Origin: Candidatus Lustribacter sp.
GTDB lineage: Bacteria > Vulcanimicrobiota > Vulcanimicrobiia > Vulcanimicrobiales > Vulcanimicrobiaceae
NCBI GenBank assembly: GCA_965277805.1
Contig: OZ255842.1
Location: 608,001 to 672,000 of the forward strand
DNA: 64,000 bases
Direction: 5' to 3'
Part shown: positions 29,106 through 38,617 of the stretch, one piece after another
Position numbering within the stretch: the first letter of the stretch is position 1
Layout of the letters: each line of letters begins with the position of its first letter
Program-made: the position numbers and the translations under genes
Notes under the pieces: model-generated
What the model was told of the DNA's origin: nothing
Databases searched by the model: none
Seen by the model: only the letters and a program-made list of their open reading frames with translations

Positions 29106-30188
29106 ATGACGAAAATTCGCGAGTTCATGACGGGCTGGGAAGGTGACACCCAGATTCAGATGACCGGTTGGACCGAGCGCACGAAAGAAGGCCTGCGCGG
29201 CACCGCCAAAGGCAAGCGCAAACCGCCCAACCTGCGCCCGTTCGATCTCATTCGCGCGCCGCATCAGCCGGTGCCGCTGCTCGCGAACGAAGACATGCGC
29301 GTCAGCGTCGATTCCGCCGCCGGTCCCGCGCTCTTCTTTCACCGCAACATCAACTTCGACGAGACGATCTTTCAGTTCGCCGGAACGAGCCGCGTCGAAA
29401 CCGAGATGGGCGTCGAGACGCTCGCACCGGGCGAGATGCTGCTGATCCCGCGCGGGATCGCGCATCGCAGCATCGGCGACAAAGATTCGCTGCGCCAGAT
29501 CGTGCACGTTCGCGACGCAATCACGGCCGTGATGGGCGAAGAGCTCTGCACGAGCCGCACGCAGTTCGAGCTCACGCGCATCGGCGGTCCGGATTACTCC
29601 GCCGCCGCGGCCGTTCCGGCACCGAGCGGCACCGTAATCGAGAAGATGTTTATCTGGGATGACGATCCGGCCGATGCGACCGAGGTCGAGCGGCAGGCGA
29701 GCGAGATGGTCGGCGTCGGCAGCACCGAGCGCGACAAGAAGATCAGCGCCGTGCGCCGGCTGCGGCCCTTCGATCTGTTCGAAGACGTCACCGGACGCAA
29801 AGGGCCCGGGCCGAAGTTCATGTCGTCGAACAACGCAATGTTTGAAGTGTATAACACGGTCGGCGAGCAGTTCGCGTTTCACCGCGCGCTCGAGAGCGAA
29901 GAGTTCGGCCTACAGTTCATGGGCGATAACACCAACATGTCCGAGTTCGAAGAGTCGTTCCCGATGACGCCGGGCGCGTGGTTCCTCATTCCGCTTGGCA
30001 TCGCGCATTCGGTCAAAGATTGCAAGCCTGATTTCCGGCGCATGGTGATCTACTCGCGCTTTCCGTTCAAGGTGCTGGCGGATGAATCGATGCACTTGAT
30101 CGAGAGCCGCTTCGACGTGCGCGAAACGGTGCTGGAAGAAGCGCCGTGGCATGCGGCCTCGCGCGAGCTCGCCGGCGCGACCGCGTGA
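29106..30188 (+). CDS. Bicupin protein (homogentisate/3-hydroxyanthranilate dioxygenase-like)
   Basis: Two repeats LRPFDL...FHRxxxxxE...PG...IPxGIAH. TATTCT lies 7 nt before the ATG, so the gene may be leaderless. Confidence 0.7.
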   Translation: MTKIREFMTGWEGDTQIQMTGWTERTKEGLRGTAKGKRKPPNLRPFDLIRAPHQPVPLLANEDMRVSVDSAAGPALFFHRNINFDETIFQFAGTSRVETEMGVETLAPGEMLLIPRGIAHRSIGDKDSLRQIVHVRDAITAVMGEELCTSRTQFELTRIGGPDYSAAAAVPAPSGTVIEKMFIWDDDPADATEVERQASEMVGVGSTERDKKISAVRRLRPFDLFEDVTGRKGPGPKFMSSNNAMFEVYNTVGEQFAFHRALESEEFGLQFMGDNTNMSEFEESFPMTPGAWFLIPLGIAHSVKDCKPDFRRMVIYSRFPFKVLADESMHLIESRFDVRETVLEEAPWHAASRELAGATA

Positions 30189-31360
30189 ACGTCGTCCGGC
30201 AACTTCTGGCGGCAGCGACCGCCGCGGCGATCGCGTTGACGACGGCATCGGCCGCGCCCGATCCGTTCGTGATTCCGGTCATCCTCAACGGCACCGGAGC
30301 GAACGGCTACGCCGGGCAAACCGAAACGGCGGCGCTGCACGTCTTCGAAGATTATTATAACAAGCACGGCGGTATCAACGGACGGCCGATCCATTTCACG
30401 ATCTACGACGATCAGACCGAACCGCGCGTCGCGGTTCAACTCGCCAATCAGGTGCTCGCGGCGAATCCGAAGCCGCTTGTCGTGCTCGGTTCGGGACAGG
30501 TTGCGACGTGCGCGGCGATGGCGCCGCTGTTCGAAAACGGTCCGGTGAACTATTGCTTCACGCCCGGCTTTTCACCGAAGCCCGGCGGCTACGTTTTCTC
30601 CGCCTCGGCGTCACTCGAGAAGATACTACCGGCGCAAGTGCGCTTCGCTCGCGGCCGCAATTGGAAGCGCATCGCCAACGTTTCGGTCACGACGGCGACT
30701 GGTCAATCGGCCGACTTCTATCTCAAGTACGCGATGGGATTGCGCGAGAACCGCGGCATGGAACTCGTCTTCAACGAGGCGTTCAATCCGGCCGACATCA
30801 GCGTCAGCGCGCTCGTTTCGCGCCTGAAGACCACCAACGCCCAAGCGATCATCACGCCGGCGTCGGGCGCCGCTTTCGGCACGCTCTTGCGCGCGCTCAA
30901 CGATGCCGGGGTTCATTTACCCGTGTTGACGTCGGCGGCGAACGAGCAACCCGATCTCTTGAAACAGTACACCGGCTTCTTGCCCACCGAGACGTACTTC
31001 AACGGTATGTTGTATTACGCGCGCGACGCGATCGGCAATGGGCCGCTGCGCGACCAGATCGACACGTTCTACTCGGCCTTCAAGGCCTCAGGCGCGCCGT
31101 ACACGCCCGACAGCGGTCAGGCGTGGGATCCGGCGCTGATCGTGCTCTCCGGTTTGCGCAAGCTCGGCCCCAAGGCCACGGCAGCCCAACTGCGCGATTA
31201 CATCGCCGGCCTGCACGGCTTCGCAGGCTCGAGCGGGTTCTACGATTTCCGCAGCAACGACCAGCATGGCCTCGATTCGGACGCCGTGATCTTCGTGCGC
31301 TGGGATCCGAAGAAGGGCGACTTCTTCAACGCCTCGCGCCGCGGCGGCGCCCCGCTTTGA
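30185..31360 (+). CDS. ABC solute-binding protein, LivJ/LivK type
   Basis: Signal peptide, NKHGGINGRPI, YDDQT. GTGA overlap with the cupin gene. Confidence 0.88.
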   Translation: MNVVRQLLAAATAAAIALTTASAAPDPFVIPVILNGTGANGYAGQTETAALHVFEDYYNKHGGINGRPIHFTIYDDQTEPRVAVQLANQVLAANPKPLVVLGSGQVATCAAMAPLFENGPVNYCFTPGFSPKPGGYVFSASASLEKILPAQVRFARGRNWKRIANVSVTTATGQSADFYLKYAMGLRENRGMELVFNEAFNPADISVSALVSRLKTTNAQAIITPASGAAFGTLLRALNDAGVHLPVLTSAANEQPDLLKQYTGFLPTETYFNGMLYYARDAIGNGPLRDQIDTFYSAFKASGAPYTPDSGQAWDPALIVLSGLRKLGPKATAAQLRDYIAGLHGFAGSSGFYDFRSNDQHGLDSDAVIFVRWDPKKGDFFNASRRGGAPL

Positions 31361-31376
31361 TGAAGGTCCGCTGCAC

Positions 31377-32330
31377 GTGAGCGGCTTGGAGAGCTGGAAG
31401 CTTCCGGGCAACGTGGTTCCGCCGGTTACGCCGTTCGATGCGGACGGCAACGTCGACTACGCGCGTTTGCAGCGCGAGATCGACTGGGTGGTCGCATCGT
31501 CACGTCCGGCCGCGATCTGCGTGGCCGGTGTCGAGGCGCAAGAGTATCAGTATCTTTCCGACACGGCGCGGCGCGAATTGATTCGGGAAACGATCGCTGC
31601 GATCGGCGGCCGGGTGCCGGCACTGGTCGGCATCTCGCACGCATCGTACCGGCGCTCGATCGACTTGGCGTCCCTCGCGCACCAGTTGGGCGCGTCGGCC
31701 GTGCAAGTGCTGCTGCCGAACCGTCCGTCGGGCGGCGCAGCGACCACCGGCGAGATCGTCAAGTACTACGAAGCGATCGTGCATGAGAGCGCGTTGCCGG
31801 TCGTCGCCTACCATAACCAAGGTCCGGGCGCCGATCTCGGCGTGCCCGCGTTGATGGAAGTGCTCTCGATCCCCGGCGTCGTGGGGTTGAAGGAGAGCTC
31901 GCGCAATCAGCGTTTCCTCGCGAACTTGCTGCGCGAAGCGCAAACGCGCAAGCTCGGACGGATCTTCACCACGCTCGAAGTGCTGCTCGGGACGCTGATC
32001 CTCGGCGCGGCCGGCGGCACGATGCCGGCGCCTGGTTCGGCGCTCGCGGCGCTGCTGGTGGAGGCGTTTCACGCGGGTGATTTAGCGCAAGCGGTGCGCA
32101 TCCAGCAACTGCTCAGCGAAATGCCGGCTCGCTGGATCGCGCACGGCCTCGTGGCTGTTTCGAAAGCGTCGCTGACCGCGATCGGTTTGGATTGCGGCCC
32201 GACGTATCCGCCGTTCGGCACGGTACCGGCGAAAGATGCCGAAGAGATTCGCGTGTTCTGGGAAGCGGCGCTGAACGAGTTTCCCGTGCTTCGCAGTTAC
32301 GAAGGGGAGCATTCCTTTGGCGCTCGTTGA
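31377..32330 (+). CDS. DHDPS/NAL family aldolase or hydratase-aldolase
   Basis: PPVTPFDADGNVD, AYH, Schiff-base GLKESS. The GxxGE motif is altered to GVEAQE. Confidence 0.85.
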   Translation: MSGLESWKLPGNVVPPVTPFDADGNVDYARLQREIDWVVASSRPAAICVAGVEAQEYQYLSDTARRELIRETIAAIGGRVPALVGISHASYRRSIDLASLAHQLGASAVQVLLPNRPSGGAATTGEIVKYYEAIVHESALPVVAYHNQGPGADLGVPALMEVLSIPGVVGLKESSRNQRFLANLLREAQTRKLGRIFTTLEVLLGTLILGAAGGTMPAPGSALAALLVEAFHAGDLAQAVRIQQLLSEMPARWIAHGLVAVSKASLTAIGLDCGPTYPPFGTVPAKDAEEIRVFWEAALNEFPVLRSYEGEHSFGAR

Positions 32331-33102
32331 CGGCATCAATCATCTGCTCGTCCAGGTGACGGATCTCGACCGCTCGGAGGCGTTCTACCGCGACGTTTTC
32401 GGCTTCGACGTCGTCGGGCGCGACCTCGTTGCGGAAGAAGGGCCGAATTCGCTCTTGCGCGCCGCCGGCGGACACATGATCCTGTTGGTGCAAGTTGCTG
32501 AGGTCACGCCGTTTCGTCCGAACAGCATGAGCACGCATCACGCGTTCTACTTACGCGAAGAACAGTACAATCAGGTGATGGAGCGGCGGCGAGCGAGCGG
32601 CTTCGACGTCGGCGACACGCGTGCGGTCTACCGCGCGAAAGGGCAGCTCAGTTTCGACGTCTTCGATCCCGACGGACACCGTTATCAAGTGCAGTCGGTC
32701 GGTAAGGCGTCGGCCGAAAATCTCCTCGCGAACGAAGGGAACGTCGCGTGCGGAAAGGTCGACGACTTTGCGATCGGTTCGGTCACGCACTTCAAGGACA
32801 AGCAGTTCTATCTGGTGCGTCAGGAACCGGGCTTTATGGCGATCTCGCACTGGTGTCCGCACATGAACGGCATGGTGGAGTATCGCGAATCGTACTGGTC
32901 GTTCTACTGCCCGTTTCACGGCGCGACGTTCAACCGCAACGGCGAGTGCACCGCGCATCAAAAGTACCCCACCATGCGCGTTCATCCGGTGTCGATCGGC
33001 GATGGCGGCGAGGTACTCGTGAACACGGACGAGCTGGTGAAGCGTCCTCGCGGGTTCAGTCCGGAGCAGTTCACGCCGGTGCCGGTGCTGCAGCATGGCT
33101 GA
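32317..33102 (+). CDS. VOC (glyoxalase/extradiol) domain fused to a Rieske [2Fe-2S] domain
   Basis: INHLLVQV..DLDRSEAFY...HHAF...DPDG, then CPH-x15-CPFHG. Confidence 0.85.
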   Translation: MALVDGINHLLVQVTDLDRSEAFYRDVFGFDVVGRDLVAEEGPNSLLRAAGGHMILLVQVAEVTPFRPNSMSTHHAFYLREEQYNQVMERRRASGFDVGDTRAVYRAKGQLSFDVFDPDGHRYQVQSVGKASAENLLANEGNVACGKVDDFAIGSVTHFKDKQFYLVRQEPGFMAISHWCPHMNGMVEYRESYWSFYCPFHGATFNRNGECTAHQKYPTMRVHPVSIGDGGEVLVNTDELVKRPRGFSPEQFTPVPVLQHG

Positions 33103-33565
33103 AGTCGAGAGCCTCAACCACACGGCGATGTGCGTGCACGATCTGGTGGAGGCCTTGAACTTCTACTGCAACGTGCTCGGCGGAAAGCGCGCGACGCGCG
33201 TCAACTTTCAGATCGAGGACGTGCTCGGCGGCGTGGCGGTCTTTCAGTCCGTCATCCTCGAAGACTACATGCTGGCGCTGGCGATCGCGCCCAACGACAT
33301 GCCGATGCCGCCCGCCGATCAGCACCGCGGCGCGCATGGGCTTCGCCATGGCTTCGTCGTGACGCGCAACCGGTTCGACGAGGTTCGCGCATCGCTCGAA
33401 GCGCACGGCGTGGCGTACGACGGGCCGGTCGACCATCCCGAGCACGGGCCGTTTGGTCAGTCGATCTACTACAAGGATCCGTCGGGAAATTTCCTCGAGA
33501 CGCTCTGGCGGCGCGACGAAGATGCGCTCAATCTTGGCAAACGCCGCTTTGTCAGCACCGAGTAG
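33095..33565 (+). CDS. VOC family protein
   Basis: LNHTAMCVHDL..ALNFY, HGF, YYKDPSGNFLE. Confidence 0.88.
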   Translation: MAEVESLNHTAMCVHDLVEALNFYCNVLGGKRATRVNFQIEDVLGGVAVFQSVILEDYMLALAIAPNDMPMPPADQHRGAHGLRHGFVVTRNRFDEVRASLEAHGVAYDGPVDHPEHGPFGQSIYYKDPSGNFLETLWRRDEDALNLGKRRFVSTE

Positions 33566-34481
33566 CACGGCGTTCCCGTTCGCGCCGGCGCGCGAAGCGA
33601 TTCGTCTCGACGGCATCGCCTTCGTCGCGCTGCAGACCGTCGACGTCGAGCGCGCGGCGGCGTTTTATCGCGACGTGCTCGGATTCGTTGCCGAGCCCAA
33701 GGCGGAATTGCCGCGCGCCGGCGTGCACGCGATCGTCCGATCCGCTTCGGGTCAGCGGATCGCGTTGTGCGCTGCGGGCGACGTGCCGTTACCGCCCGAT
33801 ATGGGGCGCCACACCGCGTTCGGCGTCACGTCCGAGGCCAAGGCTGCGATCGTGCGACGTCTGGAAGCGGCGGGCATCGAGGTGCTGCGGTATGAGGAAG
33901 ACCGGCCGGCGGAACGCGCCGAGAATTGCTACTTCCTCGATCCCGGCGGCAACCGCATCCAGCTCGTTTCGGCGCCGGAGCAATCGATCGATCATGCTTG
34001 CATCCAAGCCGTCGACATCGAGTGGGAAGAAGATCTCTACGTCGGGACGCTCGCTCTGCCGGTGGATCACGTCGTCGGCTGGCGAACCGAGGATTACAAG
34101 CGCGCCGTGCTTTGGGGCGAGGGCAAGGAAGCCATGGCGCCGGGAACGCGCCGCTGGGACAAACGCTTCGCGCTGCGTCCCGGCCAAGGTCCGATGATCG
34201 CGCGCCCCAACATGCAGCTCTTCGTGCACGCGGGCCGCAACGTGCTCGGCGTCTTTCTCGCCTACGAGCACTATCAGTTGCCGTTCGAAGAGCAAATCGT
34301 GGGTACGCCGCGCATCGGCTTCGCCACGACCGCGAGCGAGCTTCCCACGATCGCCGCGCGTTTCGCGGAAGCGAAGTTGCCGGTCGACGGCCCGTACGAT
34401 CACCCTGCCACATCACCGTACCGCGCGTCGCTCTACGCGAAAGATCGCGGCGGCAATTTCCTCGAGTTCACGGTTTCATGA
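33549..34481 (+). CDS. Two-domain VOC family protein
   Basis: DVERAAAFYRDVLG...HTAF...FLDPGGNRIQL and IDHACI...KDRGGNFLEF. TTG start inferred. Confidence 0.8.
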   Translation: MSAPSSTAFPFAPAREAIRLDGIAFVALQTVDVERAAAFYRDVLGFVAEPKAELPRAGVHAIVRSASGQRIALCAAGDVPLPPDMGRHTAFGVTSEAKAAIVRRLEAAGIEVLRYEEDRPAERAENCYFLDPGGNRIQLVSAPEQSIDHACIQAVDIEWEEDLYVGTLALPVDHVVGWRTEDYKRAVLWGEGKEAMAPGTRRWDKRFALRPGQGPMIARPNMQLFVHAGRNVLGVFLAYEHYQLPFEEQIVGTPRIGFATTASELPTIAARFAEAKLPVDGPYDHPATSPYRASLYAKDRGGNFLEFTVS

Positions 34482-35686
34482 CGCTTTATCCGCAGTTCTC
34501 GTTGCGCGAACGCGATCGCCGTTGGAAGGCCGTGCGCGACATCATGCGCGCCGAGAACATCGACGTGATCGTGGTGCCCAACAACACCGCGCACTCGACC
34601 GATTTTCAGGCCAACGCACGCTACCTCACGCACGTGGGCGGCGGCGGCGATGCGGACATCGCGGCGGTGATCCCGCTCGACGGCGACGTCACGGCAATTG
34701 CGAATCATCCGGAGCTGACGTTTCACGCCGGCATCCAGTCGTGGACGCGCGATCTGCGCAATGCCCGGCGCGACATGGGGAAGGGCACGGTCGAGCGGCT
34801 CAAGGAGCTCGGCATCGAGCGCGGGCGCATCGGCATCACCGGGCTCGGCGCCGGCACGCGCACGCCGATGGGCACGATCCTGCTCGGATTCTGGCGCGGC
34901 ATCGTCGATGCGTTTCCCAATGCCGAACTCGTCGATGCGACAAGCATTCTCGATCGCGTACGCTACGTGAAGAGCGATGAAGAAGTGGAAGCGCTGAGGC
35001 GGTCCGAGGAGATCATCGAGCAAGCGATCGCGGCGAAGATCGCGCACGCGAAGCCCGGTGCGGTCGATTGGGAAGTGTGGGCCGAAGTGATCTATGCGCT
35101 CACCAAGAACGGCTCGGAGCTGCCGGTGCACAATCAGTGGGCCTCAGGGAAACGCGTCAAGCATCCGATCACGCGCCCGACGCGGCGCAAACTCGAAACC
35201 GGCGATCTGATCGTCTCGGAGATCGAGGCGTCGTGGATCGGCTACCGCGCGCAGGCGATGCAGCCGGTGTTTGTCGGCAGCGCCGATCCCGTGTATCTCG
35301 AACTGATCAAGCTGCAGCGCGAGATTTGGAACACCGTGTTGGAGCAGTTGCGGCCCGGCGTCACCGTTGGCGAGCTTGTGGCGCTGACCGAAGCGACGTG
35401 TACCAAGCTGGCGCCCAAGAGCGGGCCGGCCGCGGGCGCGACCGCGATCCTCAACTTGCACGGCCGCGGCGCGGGCGACGACGGGCCGCTCGTGACGCCC
35501 TCGCAAAAGCGTCCCGAACAACTCGCCGTTCCGCTCGAAGCAAACATGGTGTTCATCTTCAAGCCGTTCGTGCGCTCGCAGAGCGGTGAAGATGAGTGCA
35601 CGTGGGGCGATACGGTCGTCGTTGCGCCGGCGGGCGGAAAGCGTTTGGGCAGCCGGCCGCACGATCTCGCCGTTTCCGGCACCTGA
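34478..35686 (+). CDS. M24 (creatinase/aminopeptidase P fold) protein with atypical active site
   Basis: FSLRERDRRW, RYVKSDEE, LRPG, NMVF, GDTVVV. ATGA overlap. Confidence 0.85.
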   Translation: MTLYPQFSLRERDRRWKAVRDIMRAENIDVIVVPNNTAHSTDFQANARYLTHVGGGGDADIAAVIPLDGDVTAIANHPELTFHAGIQSWTRDLRNARRDMGKGTVERLKELGIERGRIGITGLGAGTRTPMGTILLGFWRGIVDAFPNAELVDATSILDRVRYVKSDEEVEALRRSEEIIEQAIAAKIAHAKPGAVDWEVWAEVIYALTKNGSELPVHNQWASGKRVKHPITRPTRRKLETGDLIVSEIEASWIGYRAQAMQPVFVGSADPVYLELIKLQREIWNTVLEQLRPGVTVGELVALTEATCTKLAPKSGPAAGATAILNLHGRGAGDDGPLVTPSQKRPEQLAVPLEANMVFIFKPFVRSQSGEDECTWGDTVVVAPAGGKRLGSRPHDLAVSGT

Positions 35687-35688
35687 GC

Positions 35689-36732
35689 GTGAACGGACAC
35701 AACGTTCACCTGGTCGGCAGCGTGCCGTTGGCCGATCGCGACGCGGTGTTTCGTGCGACGGGCGAGATCCTCGGCGAGCGTTTGAAGCGCTATCCCGACG
35801 GCGAGACCGGCGATCGCGGCAACTGGGTGCAGTGGCAGCGGCATCTGGTCGTGGACAACCCGCAGTTCGTTCTTACCTCGAACGACCCGCTGGTCATCAA
35901 TCACGGCAGCACGCGACCGTATTTCCGCATCGTGCCGGGTGTCGATCCGGCGAGCGTGGCGTTCGCGCCGATCGGTTACGCGGAGAACGCGCGCGCGTCG
36001 TATCCCGCCTTCCGTGCGCTGCGCGAGGCCGGAGTGATCCCATCGTCCGCGCGTTTTCTGGTCGCGTTGCCGACGCCGCTTGCATTTTTGCAAGTCTTCA
36101 TCGACGCGCCGGACCGCGCACGAGTCGTTGCGGCGTACGAACGGCGCGTCCTGGCCGAGGTCGCGGAGATCGCCGCCGCGATTCCGCATCGCGACTTGGC
36201 GATCCAATGGGATACCGTGTTCGAGTTGCTGATTCTCGAGGGCGGCCGTGAAAGCAACATCGACGATTCGAGAGAGGCGCTCGTCGCGCGGCTGCTGGTC
36301 TGCGGCAACGCGGTGCCCGCCGAAGCGGACCTCGGCTTTCATCTCTGCTATGGGGACATGAACCACCGGCACTCGATCGAACCGCGCGATACCGCGCTCA
36401 TGGTCGAGATCGCGAACGCGCTCACCCGTGGCTTGCAGCGGAACCTGAACTATATTCACATGCCCGTACCGCGCGACCGCTTCGACGATGCGTACTTTGC
36501 GCCGCTGGCCGGCCTCGCGCTCGCTCCGGAAACCGAACTCTACCTCGGGCTCGTGCACATGACGGGCGGCGAAGACGGCATCCGGCGCCGGATCGCGGCA
36601 GCGAGCCGCGTACGGCCCGATTTCGGCATCGGTACCGAATGCGGCTTCGGCCGGCGGCCGCCCGAAACGATCGTGCCGCTGCTGCATCTGCATGCCGCGG
36701 CGGCGGAAGGTTGGACTGCCGAGGCTCGCTAA
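35689..36732 (+). CDS. Cobalamin-independent methionine synthase-like (MetE C-terminal/URO-D fold) Zn protein
   Basis: HLVGS, PDGE, IQWD, FHLCYG, LGLV, ECGFG. Confidence 0.7.
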   Translation: MNGHNVHLVGSVPLADRDAVFRATGEILGERLKRYPDGETGDRGNWVQWQRHLVVDNPQFVLTSNDPLVINHGSTRPYFRIVPGVDPASVAFAPIGYAENARASYPAFRALREAGVIPSSARFLVALPTPLAFLQVFIDAPDRARVVAAYERRVLAEVAEIAAAIPHRDLAIQWDTVFELLILEGGRESNIDDSREALVARLLVCGNAVPAEADLGFHLCYGDMNHRHSIEPRDTALMVEIANALTRGLQRNLNYIHMPVPRDRFDDAYFAPLAGLALAPETELYLGLVHMTGGEDGIRRRIAAASRVRPDFGIGTECGFGRRPPETIVPLLHLHAAAAEGWTAEAR

Positions 36733-36744
36733 CGCCGTCGTCGT

Positions 36745-37680
36745 ATGAACGATCGCCTTCCGCGTGCGAGTTGGCTCGCCTCAGGTGCTTCGGCCGCTGC
36801 GTTTGCAGCGCTGCCGTCAGGTGCGCGGGCGCAGAGCGCTGCACCGCTGCAAGTCGGTGCCGGATTGATCGAACCGCAAGCGCAGGCGTATTATGCTCGG
36901 GCCAACGGTTTCTTCAAGCAGCGCGGGCTCGATATTACCGTTGTGACGTCGGCAAACGGTGCGGCGACCACGGCGGCTGTAGCGGGCGGGACGCTGCAGA
37001 TCGGCGTTACCAGCGTACTCGGTCTCGCGCAAGCGGTCGGGCGCGGCTTGCCGTTCGTCACCTTCGCGCCGGGCGGCATTCACGATTCACGCTTTCCGGC
37101 CAGCGGTCTGCTCGTGCTGCCCGATTCGAAGATCGCGAGCGCGAAGGATCTGTCGGGAAAAATCGTCGCGGTCTCGACGCTCAAGGGGCTCGATCAGCTC
37201 GTCGTCGAGGCGCTCATCGATAAGCAAGGCGGCGACGTCAACACCGTGAAGTTCGTCGAGCTGCGTCCCACGGAAGGCCTCGCGGCGTTGCAACAAGGAC
37301 GCGTCGATGCGGTCAACCTCGAGGATCCCGAGTACACGGCGGCGCGCAGCCAAACGCGCCTGCTCGGCGACGCCGAGGACGCGGTCGGGAACGTCTTCGT
37401 CGAAACGACGTGGTTCGCCACCCGCGATTGGGTGTCGAAGAATACCGATGCGGCGCGCAAATTCCGCGACGCGATCATCGCCGCCGGCGCGTGGGCGATG
37501 GCAAACCCGCTACCCGCGGCCGCCATTCTGCAGCAAGATCTCAAGGTGACGACGACCCGCGCCACCCAACGCTTCGCGCCGCGTTTCAACCTGGCCGACT
37601 ACCAGCTGTTGCTCGATGCGGCGGCAAAGTTCAAATTCATCACCCCAATCAGCGCCGCCGACATGGTGATCGCGCTCTGA
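36745..37680 (+). CDS. ABC solute-binding protein, SsuA/TauA/NMT1 type
   Basis: GFFKQRGLD, KDLSGKIVAV, VKFVEL. Confidence 0.88.
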   Translation: MNDRLPRASWLASGASAAAFAALPSGARAQSAAPLQVGAGLIEPQAQAYYARANGFFKQRGLDITVVTSANGAATTAAVAGGTLQIGVTSVLGLAQAVGRGLPFVTFAPGGIHDSRFPASGLLVLPDSKIASAKDLSGKIVAVSTLKGLDQLVVEALIDKQGGDVNTVKFVELRPTEGLAALQQGRVDAVNLEDPEYTAARSQTRLLGDAEDAVGNVFVETTWFATRDWVSKNTDAARKFRDAIIAAGAWAMANPLPAAAILQQDLKVTTTRATQRFAPRFNLADYQLLLDAAAKFKFITPISAADMVIAL

Positions 37681-38609
37681 TGCGCCGCTCGCACGTGCTT
37701 GCCGCGGTCGCCGCGGCTGCGTTGAGTTCGGCCGTGCCTGCGCGGGCGGCCGACACCGCCCTCTCGGTCGGCGCGACGTTCGACGACGATATTTCCGCTA
37801 CGCTCTATGGTATCTCTGCGGGGATCTTTGCGCGCAACGGACTCGACGTCCACGTCGAACCGCTGCTGAGCGGTGCCGCCGGGGCGAGCGCCGTCGCTGC
37901 CGGAGCGTTGCCGATCGCGAAGTCGAGCACGATCGCGCTTGTCGCGGCGCACGCACACGGGCTGCCGTTCGTCATCATCGCGCCGTCGGTCGTGTTCACC
38001 GCCGACCGGCCGACGTCAGCGCTGATCGTGCGCAAAGACTCCACCTTGAAACCGGGCAAGGATTTCAACGGCAAGACGCTAGGCGTCTCGTCGCTCGTCG
38101 ACGCGCGCGTGATCTCGATCAAGGCCTGGATCGACCAGAACGGCGGCGACTCGAGTACGATGAAGTTCATCGAGATCCCGGCGTCGTCGGTGCTCTCGGC
38201 CGTCGATGCGGGCCGGATCGATGCCACGGTGGTCAGCAACACGCAGCTCGGCGATGCGGTGCAGTCGGGCCTGTTCAAGCAACTCGGCGAGCCGAACGCA
38301 GCGATCGGCAAACGCTACATCGTCAACACGTGGTACACCACGCGCGCTTACCTCGCGCAGAACCCCGACATCGTACACCGCTTCCTCGCCGCGCTTTTAA
38401 CGTCGGTCAATTACGCGAACGCCCACCCCACCGAGATGACCCAGTACCTCGCGCCCTTCGTCAAAATCGACGAAGCCAAACTGCGCAACATGACCCATTC
38501 GGTCATCGCCACGACGCTCGTCCCGGGCGAATACCAGCCCGTCATCGACGCCGCCGCCAAATACGGCTTCATCGACAAAGGCTTCCCCGCCCGCGACATC
38601 CTGTTGTAA
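37680..38609 (+). CDS. ABC solute-binding protein, SsuA/TauA/NMT1 type
   Basis: RR signal peptide, GIFARNGLD, KDFNGKTLGV, MKFIEIP. TGATG overlap. Confidence 0.88.
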   Translation: MRRSHVLAAVAAAALSSAVPARAADTALSVGATFDDDISATLYGISAGIFARNGLDVHVEPLLSGAAGASAVAAGALPIAKSSTIALVAAHAHGLPFVIIAPSVVFTADRPTSALIVRKDSTLKPGKDFNGKTLGVSSLVDARVISIKAWIDQNGGDSSTMKFIEIPASSVLSAVDAGRIDATVVSNTQLGDAVQSGLFKQLGEPNAAIGKRYIVNTWYTTRAYLAQNPDIVHRFLAALLTSVNYANAHPTEMTQYLAPFVKIDEAKLRNMTHSVIATTLVPGEYQPVIDAAAKYGFIDKGFPARDILL

Positions 38610-38617
38610 CTGAAAAC

